The notes under the pieces are model-generated. The model searched no databases. It was given only the letters and a program-made list of their open reading frames with translations, and was not told the origin of the DNA. Shown here piece by piece: positions 18,923 through 27,372 of a stretch of DNA of 42,624 nucleotides (position 1 is the stretch's first letter; each line of letters opens with the position of its first letter). The position numbers and the translations under genes were made by a program. The DNA comes from a virus, in UHGV virus genome UHGV-0204464; one strand, given 5' to 3'.

Positions 18923-19510
18923 TCAGAAAGCAGGGTAATCGTTCTGGCTGTAACCATAATCATCTGCATGATTCTGGCTTACGTTTTTAGAGCGATTGTC
19001 TTTATCTTTGAGATTGGCAACCATGTTGGCGATAGTTTCTGGTTGCTTGCCTTCTACCTTTTCTTTAAGGGTTTGACCTGTTTGTGCAATAAACGGGATG
19101 CGTATTTCCATCTGGTAGCTGTCTGCGCCAGTCTTTTTGTTTGTGGTTAATACTTTCTGGAGCACTAACCCGATTTTCTTTCCATGAAATTCAGGTGCAA
19201 CAAATTTACTGGCGGAAACCATATGCTGCGTTAATTGTCCAATCCCGGCACACCCCATCATGGCGTGAACGACATTTGCGCCAAATTTGTTTTCCGTTCC
19301 GTCATTTTTCTGAACACAGACGCTAAGATATTGGATTTTACGTCCGTCGTCGGATTCTCCAGAAAACTCAATAAATTTGGCTCCTTTTTCTGATTGCTTT
19401 AGTTCTGCTTCAGTAATGGTAATGATATGGGCTCCAGTTTCGTTAATAAAACCACCTTGCCCTGCGGTCAGTGCTGCTTCTTCGTTATAAGTAAAAATCA
19501 CGTTGCTCAT
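18923..19510 (-). CDS. SSB-like partner of Sak4-type recombinase (DUF669-like)
   Basis: 195 aa; immediately downstream of and overlapping the Walker-A ATPase gene; acidic C-terminal tail DDYGYSQNDYPAF. Confidence 0.5.
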   Translation of the reverse strand: MSNVIFTYNEEAALTAGQGGFINETGAHIITITEAELKQSEKGAKFIEFSGESDDGRKIQYLSVCVQKNDGTENKFGANVVHAMMGCAGIGQLTQHMVSASKFVAPEFHGKKIGLVLQKVLTTNKKTGADSYQMEIRIPFIAQTGQTLKEKVEGKQPETIANMVANLKDKDNRSKNVSQNHADDYGYSQNDYPAF

Positions 19511-20187
19511 GCGGCGTTTTCCTTAATTTGATGAACATTATTGATGCCGTAGTAATCACAAACAGTGGCATCGACGAAAGAGAGATCGTTATCAATCTCA
19601 TTGGAATCAAACATTCCCATTGGGGATTTGACAGTGTCTGCACCGTTGTTTTTCGTGGTGAAAAAGAACTGGTCATCGCGGGTAAGAGTGCGAAGAACTA
19701 TAGTAAACATGCCTTCGACAGTGATTTTCTCGTCCAGCATTTTGCCGATAGTTTTCATTTTCACGCGCCCCATAGGGGTTTCTTCGGTATGTGCAAGAAA
19801 ATAGACTCTCAGGTCATCAGGTGCATCCTGTGCAGCCTTAATCACCTCCCATGCGTGGCGGCCTATCTCAGTAAATTTATCAAACGATTTTTCTTCTGAG
19901 CGGCGCATAAACTCATTGCTCATCACATACTGGAAGTCATCAACAATAACGATTCTTTTTCCGTATTCGTGAGCACGCTTAATTACAGCAACTATTACGT
20001 CCCATTTGTCAGTGGTAACTACGGTTCCTTTTTTTGCTCTGGCATCCCATGCAAGCCAGTCTTTTGATTTAAATGGTAGCGGCTTGCCTATTGGTTTTAT
20101 AAGTATTGCTTCCTCTGGATTGATATTTCTCATGCTGGTTGATTTTCCGGTGCCAGATTCACCGAGTATTAATGTCGCAGTTCCCAT
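19507..20187 (-). CDS. Sak4-like RecA-fold ATPase (single-strand annealing recombination)
   Basis: 226 aa; Walker A GESGTGKST near N-terminus; occupies the exo/bet slot of a lambda-like PL operon. Confidence 0.6.
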   Translation of the reverse strand: MGTATLILGESGTGKSTSMRNINPEEAILIKPIGKPLPFKSKDWLAWDARAKKGTVVTTDKWDVIVAVIKRAHEYGKRIVIVDDFQYVMSNEFMRRSEEKSFDKFTEIGRHAWEVIKAAQDAPDDLRVYFLAHTEETPMGRVKMKTIGKMLDEKITVEGMFTIVLRTLTRDDQFFFTTKNNGADTVKSPMGMFDSNEIDNDLSFVDATVCDYYGINNVHQIKENAA

Positions 20188-20195
20188 AATTTGCC

Positions 20196-20396
20196 TCAGA
20201 ATGGTAATTCGGATGGGCAGGAAAGAAATTCGCGCTCATTCATGCGCTCTCTTTGCGCCTGCCATAAACAAAGTTGTTTCTTTGATTTATCTCCCGCTTT
20301 ACGCCAGTAACGAGCCTCAGCAATGTGATATTCTCTTTTTAATCGACTTAACTCTGGAGTTTTCGCCAGTTCTACCGGAATCATTTTGACCTCCAT
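20196..20396 (-). CDS. Hypothetical small protein (gam position)
   Basis: 66-aa ORF. Confidence 0.4.
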   Translation of the reverse strand: MEVKMIPVELAKTPELSRLKREYHIAEARYWRKAGDKSKKQLCLWQAQRERMNEREFLSCPSELPF

Positions 20397-20494
20397 TTTC
20401 TGTAGGCTTCTACGGCTTCACGAAACATCTTTTCATCGCCAATAAAAGTGGCGATAGTGAATTTAGTCTGGATAGCCATAAGTGTTTTATCCAT
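20381..20494 (-). CDS. Kil-like small protein candidate
   Basis: 37 aa, MDKTLMAIQTKFTIATFIGDEKMFREAV...; resembles my recollection of lambda Kil; start overlaps cIII stop. Confidence 0.4.
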   Translation of the reverse strand: MDKTLMAIQTKFTIATFIGDEKMFREAVEAYRKWRSK

Positions 20495-20627
20495 TTTTGG
20501 GAACTCCTGGCTGATTAAGTATGTCGATAAGGCGTTTCCATCCATCACGTAATTTACGTGTGATTCGTTCAAGTAAAGATTCGGAAGGGCAGCCAGCAAC
20601 AGGCCACCCTGCAATGGCATATTGCAT
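20487..20627 (-). CDS. cIII: CIII (FtsH inhibitor), apparently shortened at C-terminus
   Basis: MQYAIAGWPVAGCPSESLLERITRKLRDGWKRLIDILNQPGVPKNG then stop; matches lambda CIII, which I recall as 54 aa. Confidence 0.6.
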   Translation of the reverse strand: MQYAIAGWPVAGCPSESLLERITRKLRDGWKRLIDILNQPGVPKNG

Positions 20628-20699
20628 GGTGTGCTCCTTATTTATACATAACGAAAAACGCCTCGAGTGAAGCGTTATTGGTATGCGGTAACGCCGCGC

Positions 20700-21068
20700 T
20701 CAGGCGGCCTTGATAGTCATATCATCTGAATCAAATATTCCTGATGTATCGATATCGGTAATTCTTATTCCTTCACTACCATCCATTGGAGGCCATCCTT
20801 CCTGACCATTTCCATCATTCCAGTCGAACTCACACACAACACCATATGCATTTAAGTCGCTTGAAATTGCTATAAGCAGAGCATGTTGCGCCAGCATGAT
20901 TAATACAGCATTTAATACAGAGCCGTGTTTATTGAGTCGGTATTCAGAGTCTGACCAGAAATTATTAATCTGGTGAAGTTTTTCCTCTGTCATTACGTCA
21001 TGGTCAATTTCAATTTCTATTGATGCTTTCCAGTCGTAATCAATGATGTATTTTTTGATGTTTGACAT
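20700..21068 (-). CDS. Hypothetical protein (Ea10-position)
   Basis: 122-aa ORF, acidic C-terminal half. Confidence 0.5.
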   Translation of the reverse strand: MSNIKKYIIDYDWKASIEIEIDHDVMTEEKLHQINNFWSDSEYRLNKHGSVLNAVLIMLAQHALLIAISSDLNAYGVVCEFDWNDGNGQEGWPPMDGSEGIRITDIDTSGIFDSDDMTIKAA

Positions 21069-21250
21069 CTATTCATATCCTCATAGATAAAAAATCGCCC
21101 TCACACTGGAGGGCAAAGAAGATTTCCAATAATCAGAACAAGTCGGCTCCTGTTTAGTTACGAGCGACATTGCTCCGTGTATTCACTCGTTGGAATGAAT
21201 ACACAGTGCAGTGTTTATTCTGTTATTTATGCCAAAAATAAAGGCCACTA

Positions 21251-21451
21251 TCAGGCAGCTTTGTTGTTCTGTTTACCAAGTTCTCTGGCAATCATTGCCG
21301 TCGTTCGTATTGCCCATTTATCGACATATTTCCCATCTTCCATTACAGGAAACATTTCTTCAGGCTTAACCATGCATTCCGATTGCAGCTTGCATCCATT
21401 GCATCGTTTGAATTGTCCACACCATTGATTTGTATCAATAGTCGTAGTCAT
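21251..21451 (-). CDS. Small Cys-containing protein, possibly Ral (restriction alleviation)
   Basis: 66 aa, MTTTIDTNQWCGQFKRCNGCKLQSEC...; length and position fit lambda Ral from memory. Confidence 0.45.
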   Translation of the reverse strand: MTTTIDTNQWCGQFKRCNGCKLQSECMVKPEEMFPVMEDGKYVDKWAIRTTAMIARELGKQNNKAA

Positions 21452-21664
21452 ACGGATAGTCCTGGTATTGTTCCATCACATCTTGAGGATGCTCTTCGAA
21501 CTCTTCAAATTCTTCTTCCATATATCACCTTAAATAGTGGATTGCGGTAGTAAAGATTGTGCCTGTCTTTTAACCACATCAGGCTCGGTGGTTCTCGTGT
21601 ACCCCTACAACGAGAAATCGGATAAACTCTATTCACCCCTACAGAGAGCAAAAGAGAAACGCCG

Positions 21665-22246
21665 ATGAACAACTCATGGTGGCAGGAACTAATGCATTTT
21701 TTCCTGCAAGGAATGACACTTAAACAGTTGATTCATATGCTAATCATCCTGATCATATTGATTATTGTTATGCCGGTAAGCGTAAAAGAATGGATAAACC
21801 TGCATAATCCAGAAATCCTTCCTCATTACTGGATGTATTACATCCTGTTGTTTTGCGTTAGCTATGTGCTTAACGGCGTTGTTAATTCCGCTTATCACGC
21901 TGTGACTGAAAGAATTGAGGTATTCGCTGCTCAGAAGCGCAAATCTAAAGAAGAAAAATATGTGCAAGATTTGTTTGATTCGTTAACTCTTGGAGAAAGA
22001 GCGTATTTGGCATTCGCTGTAGCCGCTAATAACCAGCTACAAACGGAAAAGGGCGCTCATGAATCAATTTCATTGCTCAAAAAAGGACTCCTCGTTCGAA
22101 GGCCTCCTGCTGTTGGATATCCTGATACCGACCGTTTCGTTATCCCTGAAAGCTATAGACATGAGTGCTACATTAGGTTTGCCGGGAAGGCAGACAGCCT
22201 TATGGATGAACTTATCGCTCAGGATAAGCATGGCAAAAACAAGTAA
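21665..22246 (+). CDS. sieB: Superinfection exclusion protein B (SieB)-like membrane protein
   Basis: 193 aa with N-terminal hydrophobic segments (LIHMLIILIILIIVMPV; YWMYYILLFCVSYVL); lambda/P22 SieB is about 192 aa. Confidence 0.6.
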   Translation: MNNSWWQELMHFFLQGMTLKQLIHMLIILIILIIVMPVSVKEWINLHNPEILPHYWMYYILLFCVSYVLNGVVNSAYHAVTERIEVFAAQKRKSKEEKYVQDLFDSLTLGERAYLAFAVAANNQLQTEKGAHESISLLKKGLLVRRPPAVGYPDTDRFVIPESYRHECYIRFAGKADSLMDELIAQDKHGKNK

Positions 22247-22262
22247 TTAGCAAATGAATTTA

Positions 22263-22535
22263 TCATCTCGCCGTCAGTTGTTTTGATTTCCGGTAGCCTG
22301 CCGCGTAAAGAGCTACGTTCGGAAGACAAGTTGAACCTTCATATTTTCTGGTCAACGTTGTCAGAGTTATCACTTCTGCTCTCATTGCTGGTTTGAGCTT
22401 GCATTGCAAGACCACTCGTGAAGGGGTTGGCCTGTGTAGCTTGTCGGAGCTGATCGCCTCCTGACTTTGCAGATTTGCGCGACGAGCTCTACGGCGAGAA
22501 GCTGCGGTGCCTTTAAATTCTGTTTTTCTGGACAT
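22263..22535 (-). CDS. N-like transcription antiterminator (P22 gp24 family)
   Basis: Arg-rich motif TAASRRRARRANLQSQ near N-terminus; C-terminus LPNVALYAAGYRKSKQLTAR resembles P22 gp24; internal ATG at 22535 chosen over the longer track ORF. Confidence 0.7.
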   Translation of the reverse strand: MSRKTEFKGTAASRRRARRANLQSQEAISSDKLHRPTPSRVVLQCKLKPAMRAEVITLTTLTRKYEGSTCLPNVALYAAGYRKSKQLTAR

Positions 22536-22631
22536 GGATTCCTCCCGAATAAACTTTGGCGATGCAATCTCGAAGCTCCTCCTGAGACGGTTGCTTCGGC
22601 ATTGCATCCCACAGCTTATGTGGTTGGGTGA

Positions 22632-22682
22632 TCTGGCTTTTCAGCCACGTAGTCGAGAGTCGACGTTGTTTAAAGAGCCTGC
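22632..22682 (-). promoter_or_regulatory. nutL (boxA plus boxB)
   Basis: On the minus strand: boxA-like GGCTCTTTA and boxB hairpin GGC-TGAAAA-GCC; boxB matches the nutR copy. Confidence 0.5.
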
Positions 22683-22719
22683 CAGTCTGTTCCATTTGGC
22701 TTCCAGCGTCCTGCTGACG

Positions 22720-22760
22720 GTTAAATAGTACGATATGTACTTTACAAGATCAATACAATT
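22720..22760 (-). promoter_or_regulatory. Candidate PL promoter with OL operator palindrome
   Basis: Minus strand TTGATC-17-TACTAT; palindrome AGTACGATATGTACT (22727-22741) overlaps the -10. Confidence 0.35.
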
Positions 22761-22940
22761 TGTTGTAAGTTGGCGTGGTTTTTTATAACGCTTTGTATTT
22801 AATAGTGTTGTTTTTTAGCGTGGATGTATTGCCTCGGCGATGTAAGGAGAGATCAGAATTGCGTGGTTTAGTGGGTTGCATCTATTTATTTTTCAATAAA
22901 TATAATTGGTTATGTGTTTTTAGGTGGGCGAACGTGAGGC

Positions 22941-22967
22941 AAAGAAAACCCGGCGCTGAGGCCGGGT
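22941..22967 (-). terminator. Rho-independent terminator ending the cI operon
   Basis: Minus strand ACCCGGC-CTCAGC-GCCGGGT hairpin followed by TTTTCTTT; directly after the 250-aa gene stop. Confidence 0.65.
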
Positions 22968-22971
22968 TGTA

Positions 22972-23724
22972 TTATGCTGCAAGTCTCTTAACCCAAGTCT
23001 CTCTTTTGGAGAATGGTAGAACTTGGCTTGATTCATGGAAGAGTAAGGAGAGTTGTTGCATTTGATCACCAATTGCTTCGCTGTCTATAACAACAAATCT
23101 GTTGTTATACTCCTCACTTGAAGCTTTAAGATCAATTAGTTTCCCAAGCAATGAGTAAGCACTATTCCAGCTTCCTCCGTGTTTCACGCTTGATGTAAAA
23201 ACGTATTTAGGTATGTCGGTTTTTATTGTTACAGGGACGGTAATTTGATGTCCACTCAAGCCATATACGTTTTCACGAAGAGAAAGTGCGTCTCTAAGCT
23301 CTGTGTGATATAGATAATCAATAACCATACTTTCAAACTTTTCAGCTTGAACTGGCTGATACCAGTCTAACGACAAAGTTGATGCGAGTATACCAGCTCT
23401 AATTATGTTCGATGTAATCGCACCGACATCCTTTTCTGTTGCCCAAGCAATGATTTCTCCTCGAGCATTGAGTTCTGCGCCTTCTTTAAGCAGTAATTGT
23501 CGTATCTCATCAAGTCGTTTTTTGGTAAGCGAGATCCCTCTTGCCTCCATATTCATTAAGGCATCGCATCTGTCACTAACTAAATACCTACCATTGACTT
23601 CACGGATAAAGGCACCGACATGCTCTCCATCATCACAGTAAGTGAATGGACTGATAATTCTCAAGGTCTTGCCTATTGGATGGCATTCGAAACCTAGTTG
23701 TGAGATCACTGTTGAGCACATCAT
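22972..23724 (-). CDS. Hypothetical protein B of cI-linked cassette (unknown function)
   Basis: 250-aa ORF; ATG overlaps stop of upstream gene (ATGA); no TM segment and no motif I recognise; AT-rich. Confidence 0.6.
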   Translation of the reverse strand: MMCSTVISQLGFECHPIGKTLRIISPFTYCDDGEHVGAFIREVNGRYLVSDRCDALMNMEARGISLTKKRLDEIRQLLLKEGAELNARGEIIAWATEKDVGAITSNIIRAGILASTLSLDWYQPVQAEKFESMVIDYLYHTELRDALSLRENVYGLSGHQITVPVTIKTDIPKYVFTSSVKHGGSWNSAYSLLGKLIDLKASSEEYNNRFVVIDSEAIGDQMQQLSLLFHESSQVLPFSKRETWVKRLAA

Positions 23725-24278
23725 ATTCCAAACCCCATTTGCCCCGACTCATCTTCAAGCGGTAAAGGTATTCTCCCAGAGTAAGTTATGTTCAGATGTT
23801 TACAGAAGTAATTCCAATACCCTACCAGGTCATCTGGGTTTATGTCATCTTCGATTGGAAACGCTATTCTATCACTATAGTATCCAGCTTCTTCATAGTA
23901 TACATGGTAGTGAGCACCGTAAATGATATCTTGGTACTTCGGATGATCGACCTTGTAACTATTCGTGTGTTTGTCAAAGTGATAGGTATCTACCGCGAAA
24001 ACCCTCTTGTTATGATAGAAAGCAATAATATTTATTTTAGGGTAAGAAATCGGGTCATCAGGTTCTGAATCCTGATCTGGTTTCCATTTCAGTTCAAACT
24101 TTAGCCCTTGTATAGGTATACAATCCTCATCCAAGGGGATGATATGGGCTTGTAGCCACATATCAGAGCGACTTGGTTTCTGTTTCCATTTAACGCCAGA
24201 AAAGTTAACTATTTTTTTACAATAAAGTACTTTATCAACTTCTACTTGGCTTGGCTGATAATCATCTATTTTTGCCAA
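23721..24278 (-). CDS. Hypothetical protein A of cI-linked cassette (unknown function)
   Basis: 185-aa ORF beginning 39 nt after the cI stop; first in-frame codon is TTG with GGCGG upstream (next ATG is 39 codons in); Tyr/His/acidic-rich; AT-rich. Confidence 0.55.
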   Translation of the reverse strand: MAKIDDYQPSQVEVDKVLYCKKIVNFSGVKWKQKPSRSDMWLQAHIIPLDEDCIPIQGLKFELKWKPDQDSEPDDPISYPKINIIAFYHNKRVFAVDTYHFDKHTNSYKVDHPKYQDIIYGAHYHVYYEEAGYYSDRIAFPIEDDINPDDLVGYWNYFCKHLNITYSGRIPLPLEDESGQMGFGI

Positions 24279-24317
24279 TGTTTACCGCCCTGTAAATTGT
24301 AGATAAAAGTGGTTTCA

Positions 24318-24977
24318 TCACCCAAACGTCTCTTCAGGCCATTGGCTGGCGATAACTTTCCCCACAACGGAACAACTCTCATTGCATGGGATCATTGGGT
24401 ATTGTGGGTTTAGTGGCTGTAGAAACACCTGACCGCTATCCCTGATCAGTTTCTTGAAGGTAAATTCATCACCACCAAGTCTGGCTATGCAGAAATCGCC
24501 GGGCTCAACAGCTTGCTCAGGGTCAACCAGAATTAACATCCCGTCAGGAAAGCTGGGTTTGGAACCTGTTGGTGCGGTCATTGAGTTACCTTCAACCTCA
24601 AGCCAGAATGCAGAGTCACTGGCTTTTTTGGTTGTGCTTACCAATCTCTCCGCATCGCCTTTGGTAAAGGTTCTGAGTTCTGGAGAGAACATCCCAGCCT
24701 GAACATGAGAAAAAACAGGGTACTCATATTGTTTTTTAACTGGGGCCGATGAGTATTCGCCAACAGGTGAAAATGTCCCGTCGTGGTTGAATGATATGTT
24801 ATCAATACCAAGGTATTTAAACACCACACCAATATCACTAAGAGATGGATGACGAGATCCGCGCAACCAGTGTCCAATCCCACCCTGCGTCATACCTAGC
24901 TCTTCGGCTAACTTCTCTTGAGTTATGCCGAGCTCTTTCATTCTGGATCTAGCCAGTTCATACCATTTCATTTTCAT
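24318..24977 (-). CDS. cI: CI-type prophage repressor (HTH plus LexA-like S24 peptidase domain)
   Basis: N-terminal HTH ([20 protein letters not shown]), C-terminal autocleavage-type domain ([17 protein letters not shown]); divergent from cro; start taken at MKMKWY. Confidence 0.8.
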   Translation of the reverse strand: MKMKWYELARSRMKELGITQEKLAEELGMTQGGIGHWLRGSRHPSLSDIGVVFKYLGIDNISFNHDGTFSPVGEYSSAPVKKQYEYPVFSHVQAGMFSPELRTFTKGDAERLVSTTKKASDSAFWLEVEGNSMTAPTGSKPSFPDGMLILVDPEQAVEPGDFCIARLGGDEFTFKKLIRDSGQVFLQPLNPQYPMIPCNESCSVVGKVIASQWPEETFG

Positions 24978-25088
24978 GTCCTTATTATTACGCTCTGTAC
25001 TGGAACCATCCATGCACAATGTGTATTTTTACTTGTATTCGCAAAGTACATATTGTATTTTTTTATTCGTGTTTACTATGGAGGGCAT
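24978..25088. promoter_or_regulatory. OR/PR/PRM region between cI and cro
   Basis: Divergent intergenic region with AGTACATATTGTAT and TACTT..AAGTA partial palindromes related to the OL palindrome; TTGTAT-17-TATTTT promoter candidate; GGAGG RBS before cro. Confidence 0.4.
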
Positions 25089-25304
25089 ATGAGCAACCTA
25101 CGAAAATATCGAGAGTCACTGAATATCTCTCAAACAACACTTGCTAAGGCAGTTGGATGCACACAGGGAGCTATCGGACATTGGGAATCTGGTCGTCGCT
25201 TCCCAGACCTTAAAACATGCCGTGCTCTTGTTGCGTGCCTAAACAAGTTAGGCGCAAAAGTCAGTCTTGATGACGTGTTCCCGCCGGAACACAAAGCCGC
25301 TTAA
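25089..25304 (+). CDS. cro: Cro-like HTH regulator
   Basis: 71 aa from internal ATG with GGAGGG RBS; HTH QTTLAKAVGCTQGAIGHWESG; the track ORF has an implausible upstream extension. Confidence 0.7.
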   Translation: MSNLRKYRESLNISQTTLAKAVGCTQGAIGHWESGRRFPDLKTCRALVACLNKLGAKVSLDDVFPPEHKAA

Positions 25305-25315
25305 TAAGCGGATCC

Positions 25316-25360
25316 GCTCTTTGTAACAACGGACATTCGTCCTACGTCGCTGAAAAGCGA
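25316..25360 (+). promoter_or_regulatory. nutR (boxA CGCTCTTTG plus boxB hairpin)
   Basis: boxA-like CGCTCTTTG at 25316-25324; boxB TCGC-TGAAAA-GCGA at 25347-25360; preceded by AGCGGATCCGCT palindrome. Confidence 0.5.
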
Positions 25361-25445
25361 GTTCCAAGATATCTGACCAACTAAGGCCATATGCGTTTCC
25401 ACGCATACCTTTCAACTAACTATTCACTATTGGAAATCTTAAGAA

Positions 25446-25742
25446 ATGGAAAGAACAAGTTACAGCAAACTATCACAGCGTGACGTTGATCGCGCAGAAA
25501 CAGATTTACTTATCAATCTGTCAGCTATTACCCAGCGCGGTCTGGCAAAGATGATTGGCTGTCATGAATCGAAGATAAGCAGAACGGACTGGAGATTTAT
25601 TGCTTCGGTCTTGTGTGCTTTCGGAATGGCATCAGACATCAGTCCGATTAGCAGGGCTTTTAAGTATGCGCTTGATGGACTCACCAATAAAAAACGCCCG
25701 GCGGCAACCGAGCGTTCTGAACAAATCCAGATGGAATTCTGA
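25446..25742 (+). CDS. cII: CII transcriptional activator
   Basis: 98 aa; C-terminus LTNKKRPAATERSEQIQMEF matches lambda CII; N-terminal half divergent. Confidence 0.85.
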   Translation: MERTSYSKLSQRDVDRAETDLLINLSAITQRGLAKMIGCHESKISRTDWRFIASVLCAFGMASDISPISRAFKYALDGLTNKKRPAATERSEQIQMEF

Positions 25743-25774
25743 GGTCATTACTGGATCAATCCACAGGAGTCATT

Positions 25775-26674
25775 ATGACAAATACAGCAAAAATACTCAA
25801 CTTCTGCAGAGGTAACTTTGCCAAACAGGAGCGTAATGTGGCAGATCTCGATGATGGTTACGCCAGACTATCAAATATGCTGCTTGAGGCTTATTCAGGC
25901 GCAGATCTGACCAAGCGACAGTTTAAAGTGCTGCTTGCCATTCTGCGTAAAACCTATGGATGGAATAAACCAATGGACAGAATCACCGATTCTCAACTTA
26001 GCGAGATTACAAAGTTACCCGTCAAACGGTGCAATGAAGCCAAGTTAGAACTCGTCAGAATGAATATTATCAAGCAGCAAGGCGGCATGTTTGGACCAAA
26101 TAAAAACATCTCAGAATGGTGTATCCCTCAAAACGAGGGAAAATCCCCTAAAACGAGGGATAAAACATCCCTCAAATTGGGGGATTGCTATCCCTCAAAA
26201 CAGGGGGACACAAAAGACACTATTACAAAAGAAAAAAGAAAAGATTATTCGTCAGAGAATTCTGGCGAATCCTCTGACCAGCCAGAAAACGACCTTTCTG
26301 TGGTGAAACCGGATGCTGCAATTCAGAGCGGCAGCAAGTGGGGGACAGCAGAAGACCTGACCGCCGCAGAATGGATGTTTGACATGGTGAAGACCATCGC
26401 GCCATCAGCCAGAAAACCGAATTTTGCAGGGTGGGCTAACGATATCCGCCTGATGCGTGAACGTGACGGACGTAACCATCGCGACATGTGTGTACTGTTC
26501 CGCTGGGCATGCCAGGACAACTTCTGGTCCGGTAACGTGCTGAGCCCGGCCAAACTCCGCGACAAGTGGACCCAGCTCGAAATCAACCGTAACAAGCAAC
26601 AGGCAGGTGTGACAGCCTGCAAACCAAAACTCGACCTGACAAACACTGACTGGATTTACGGGGTGGATTTATGA
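25775..26674 (+). CDS. O: Replication initiator O
   Basis: 299 aa matching lambda O along its length; ori iterons inside the gene. Confidence 0.95.
   Translation: MTNTAKILNFCRGNFAKQERNVADLDDGYARLSNMLLEAYSGADLTKRQFKVLLAILRKTYGWNKPMDRITDSQLSEITKLPVKRCNEAKLELVRMNIIKQQGGMFGPNKNISEWCIPQNEGKSPKTRDKTSLKLGDCYPSKQGDTKDTITKEKRKDYSSENSGESSDQPENDLSVVKPDAAIQSGSKWGTAEDLTAAEWMFDMVKTIAPSARKPNFAGWANDIRLMRERDGRNHRDMCVLFRWACQDNFWSGNVLSPAKLRDKWTQLEINRNKQQAGVTACKPKLDLTNTDWIYGVDL
26123..26208 (+). repeat. ori-lambda iterons (four TCCCTCAAAACGAGGGA-type repeats) followed by AT-rich tract
   Basis: Direct repeats ATCCCTCAAAACGAGGGA / ATCCCCTAAAACGAGGGA / ATCCCTCAAATTGGGGGA / ATCCCTCAAAACAGGGGGA within O. Confidence 0.85.
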
Positions 26675-27372
26675 AAAACATCGCCGCACAGATGGTTAAT
26701 TTTGACCGTGAGCAGATGCGTCGGATCGCCAACAACATGCCGGAACAGTACGACGAAAAGCCGCAGGTACAGCAGGTAGCGCAGATCATCAACGGTGTGT
26801 TCAGCCAGTTACTGGCAACTTTCCCGGCGAGTCTGGCTAACCGTGACCAGAACGAACTGAACGAAATCCGCCGCCAGTGGGTTCTGGCTTTCCGGGAAAA
26901 CGGGATCACCACAATGGAACAGGTTAACGCAGGAATGCGCGTAGCCCGTCGGCAGAATCGACCATTTCTGCCATCACCCGGGCAGTTTGTTGCATGGTGC
27001 CGGGAAGAAGCATCCGTTATCGCCGGACTGCCAAACGTCAGCGAGCTGGTTGATATGGTTTACGAGTATTGCCGGAAGCGAGGCCTGTATCCGGATGCAG
27101 AGTCTTATCCGTGGAAATCGAACGCGCACTACTGGCTGGTTACCAACCTGTACCAGAACATGCGGGCCAATGCGCTGACTGACGCGGAATTACGACGCAA
27201 GGCTGCCGATGAACTGACCTGTATGACAGCGCGAATTAACCGTGGTGAGACGATACCTGAACCAGTAAAACAACTTCCTGTCATGGGCGGCAGACCTCTA
27301 AATCGTGTTCAGGCGCTGGCGAAGATCGCAGAAATTAAAGCTAAGTTAGGACTGAAAGGAGCAAGTGTATGA
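26671..27372 (+). CDS. P: Replication protein P (DnaB helicase loader)
   Basis: 233 aa matching lambda P; overlaps O stop. Confidence 0.95.
   Translation: MKNIAAQMVNFDREQMRRIANNMPEQYDEKPQVQQVAQIINGVFSQLLATFPASLANRDQNELNEIRRQWVLAFRENGITTMEQVNAGMRVARRQNRPFLPSPGQFVAWCREEASVIAGLPNVSELVDMVYEYCRKRGLYPDAESYPWKSNAHYWLVTNLYQNMRANALTDAELRRKAADELTCMTARINRGETIPEPVKQLPVMGGRPLNRVQALAKIAEIKAKLGLKGASV

Noticed and set aside
20381-20620. 79-aa minus-strand track ORF spanning cIII and kil region
   Set aside because: Out of frame with the recognisable cIII sequence; best explained as kil-like ORF with a spurious upstream extension
22775-23065. 96-aa + strand ORF across the PL/terminator region
   Set aside because: Spans promoter, operator and terminator DNA and runs antisense into the cassette gene; no RBS
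24918-25088. 57-codon upstream extension of cro in the supplied ORF
   Set aside because: Runs through the cI start and operator region; hydrophobic nonsense translation; proper RBS precedes internal ATG at 25089
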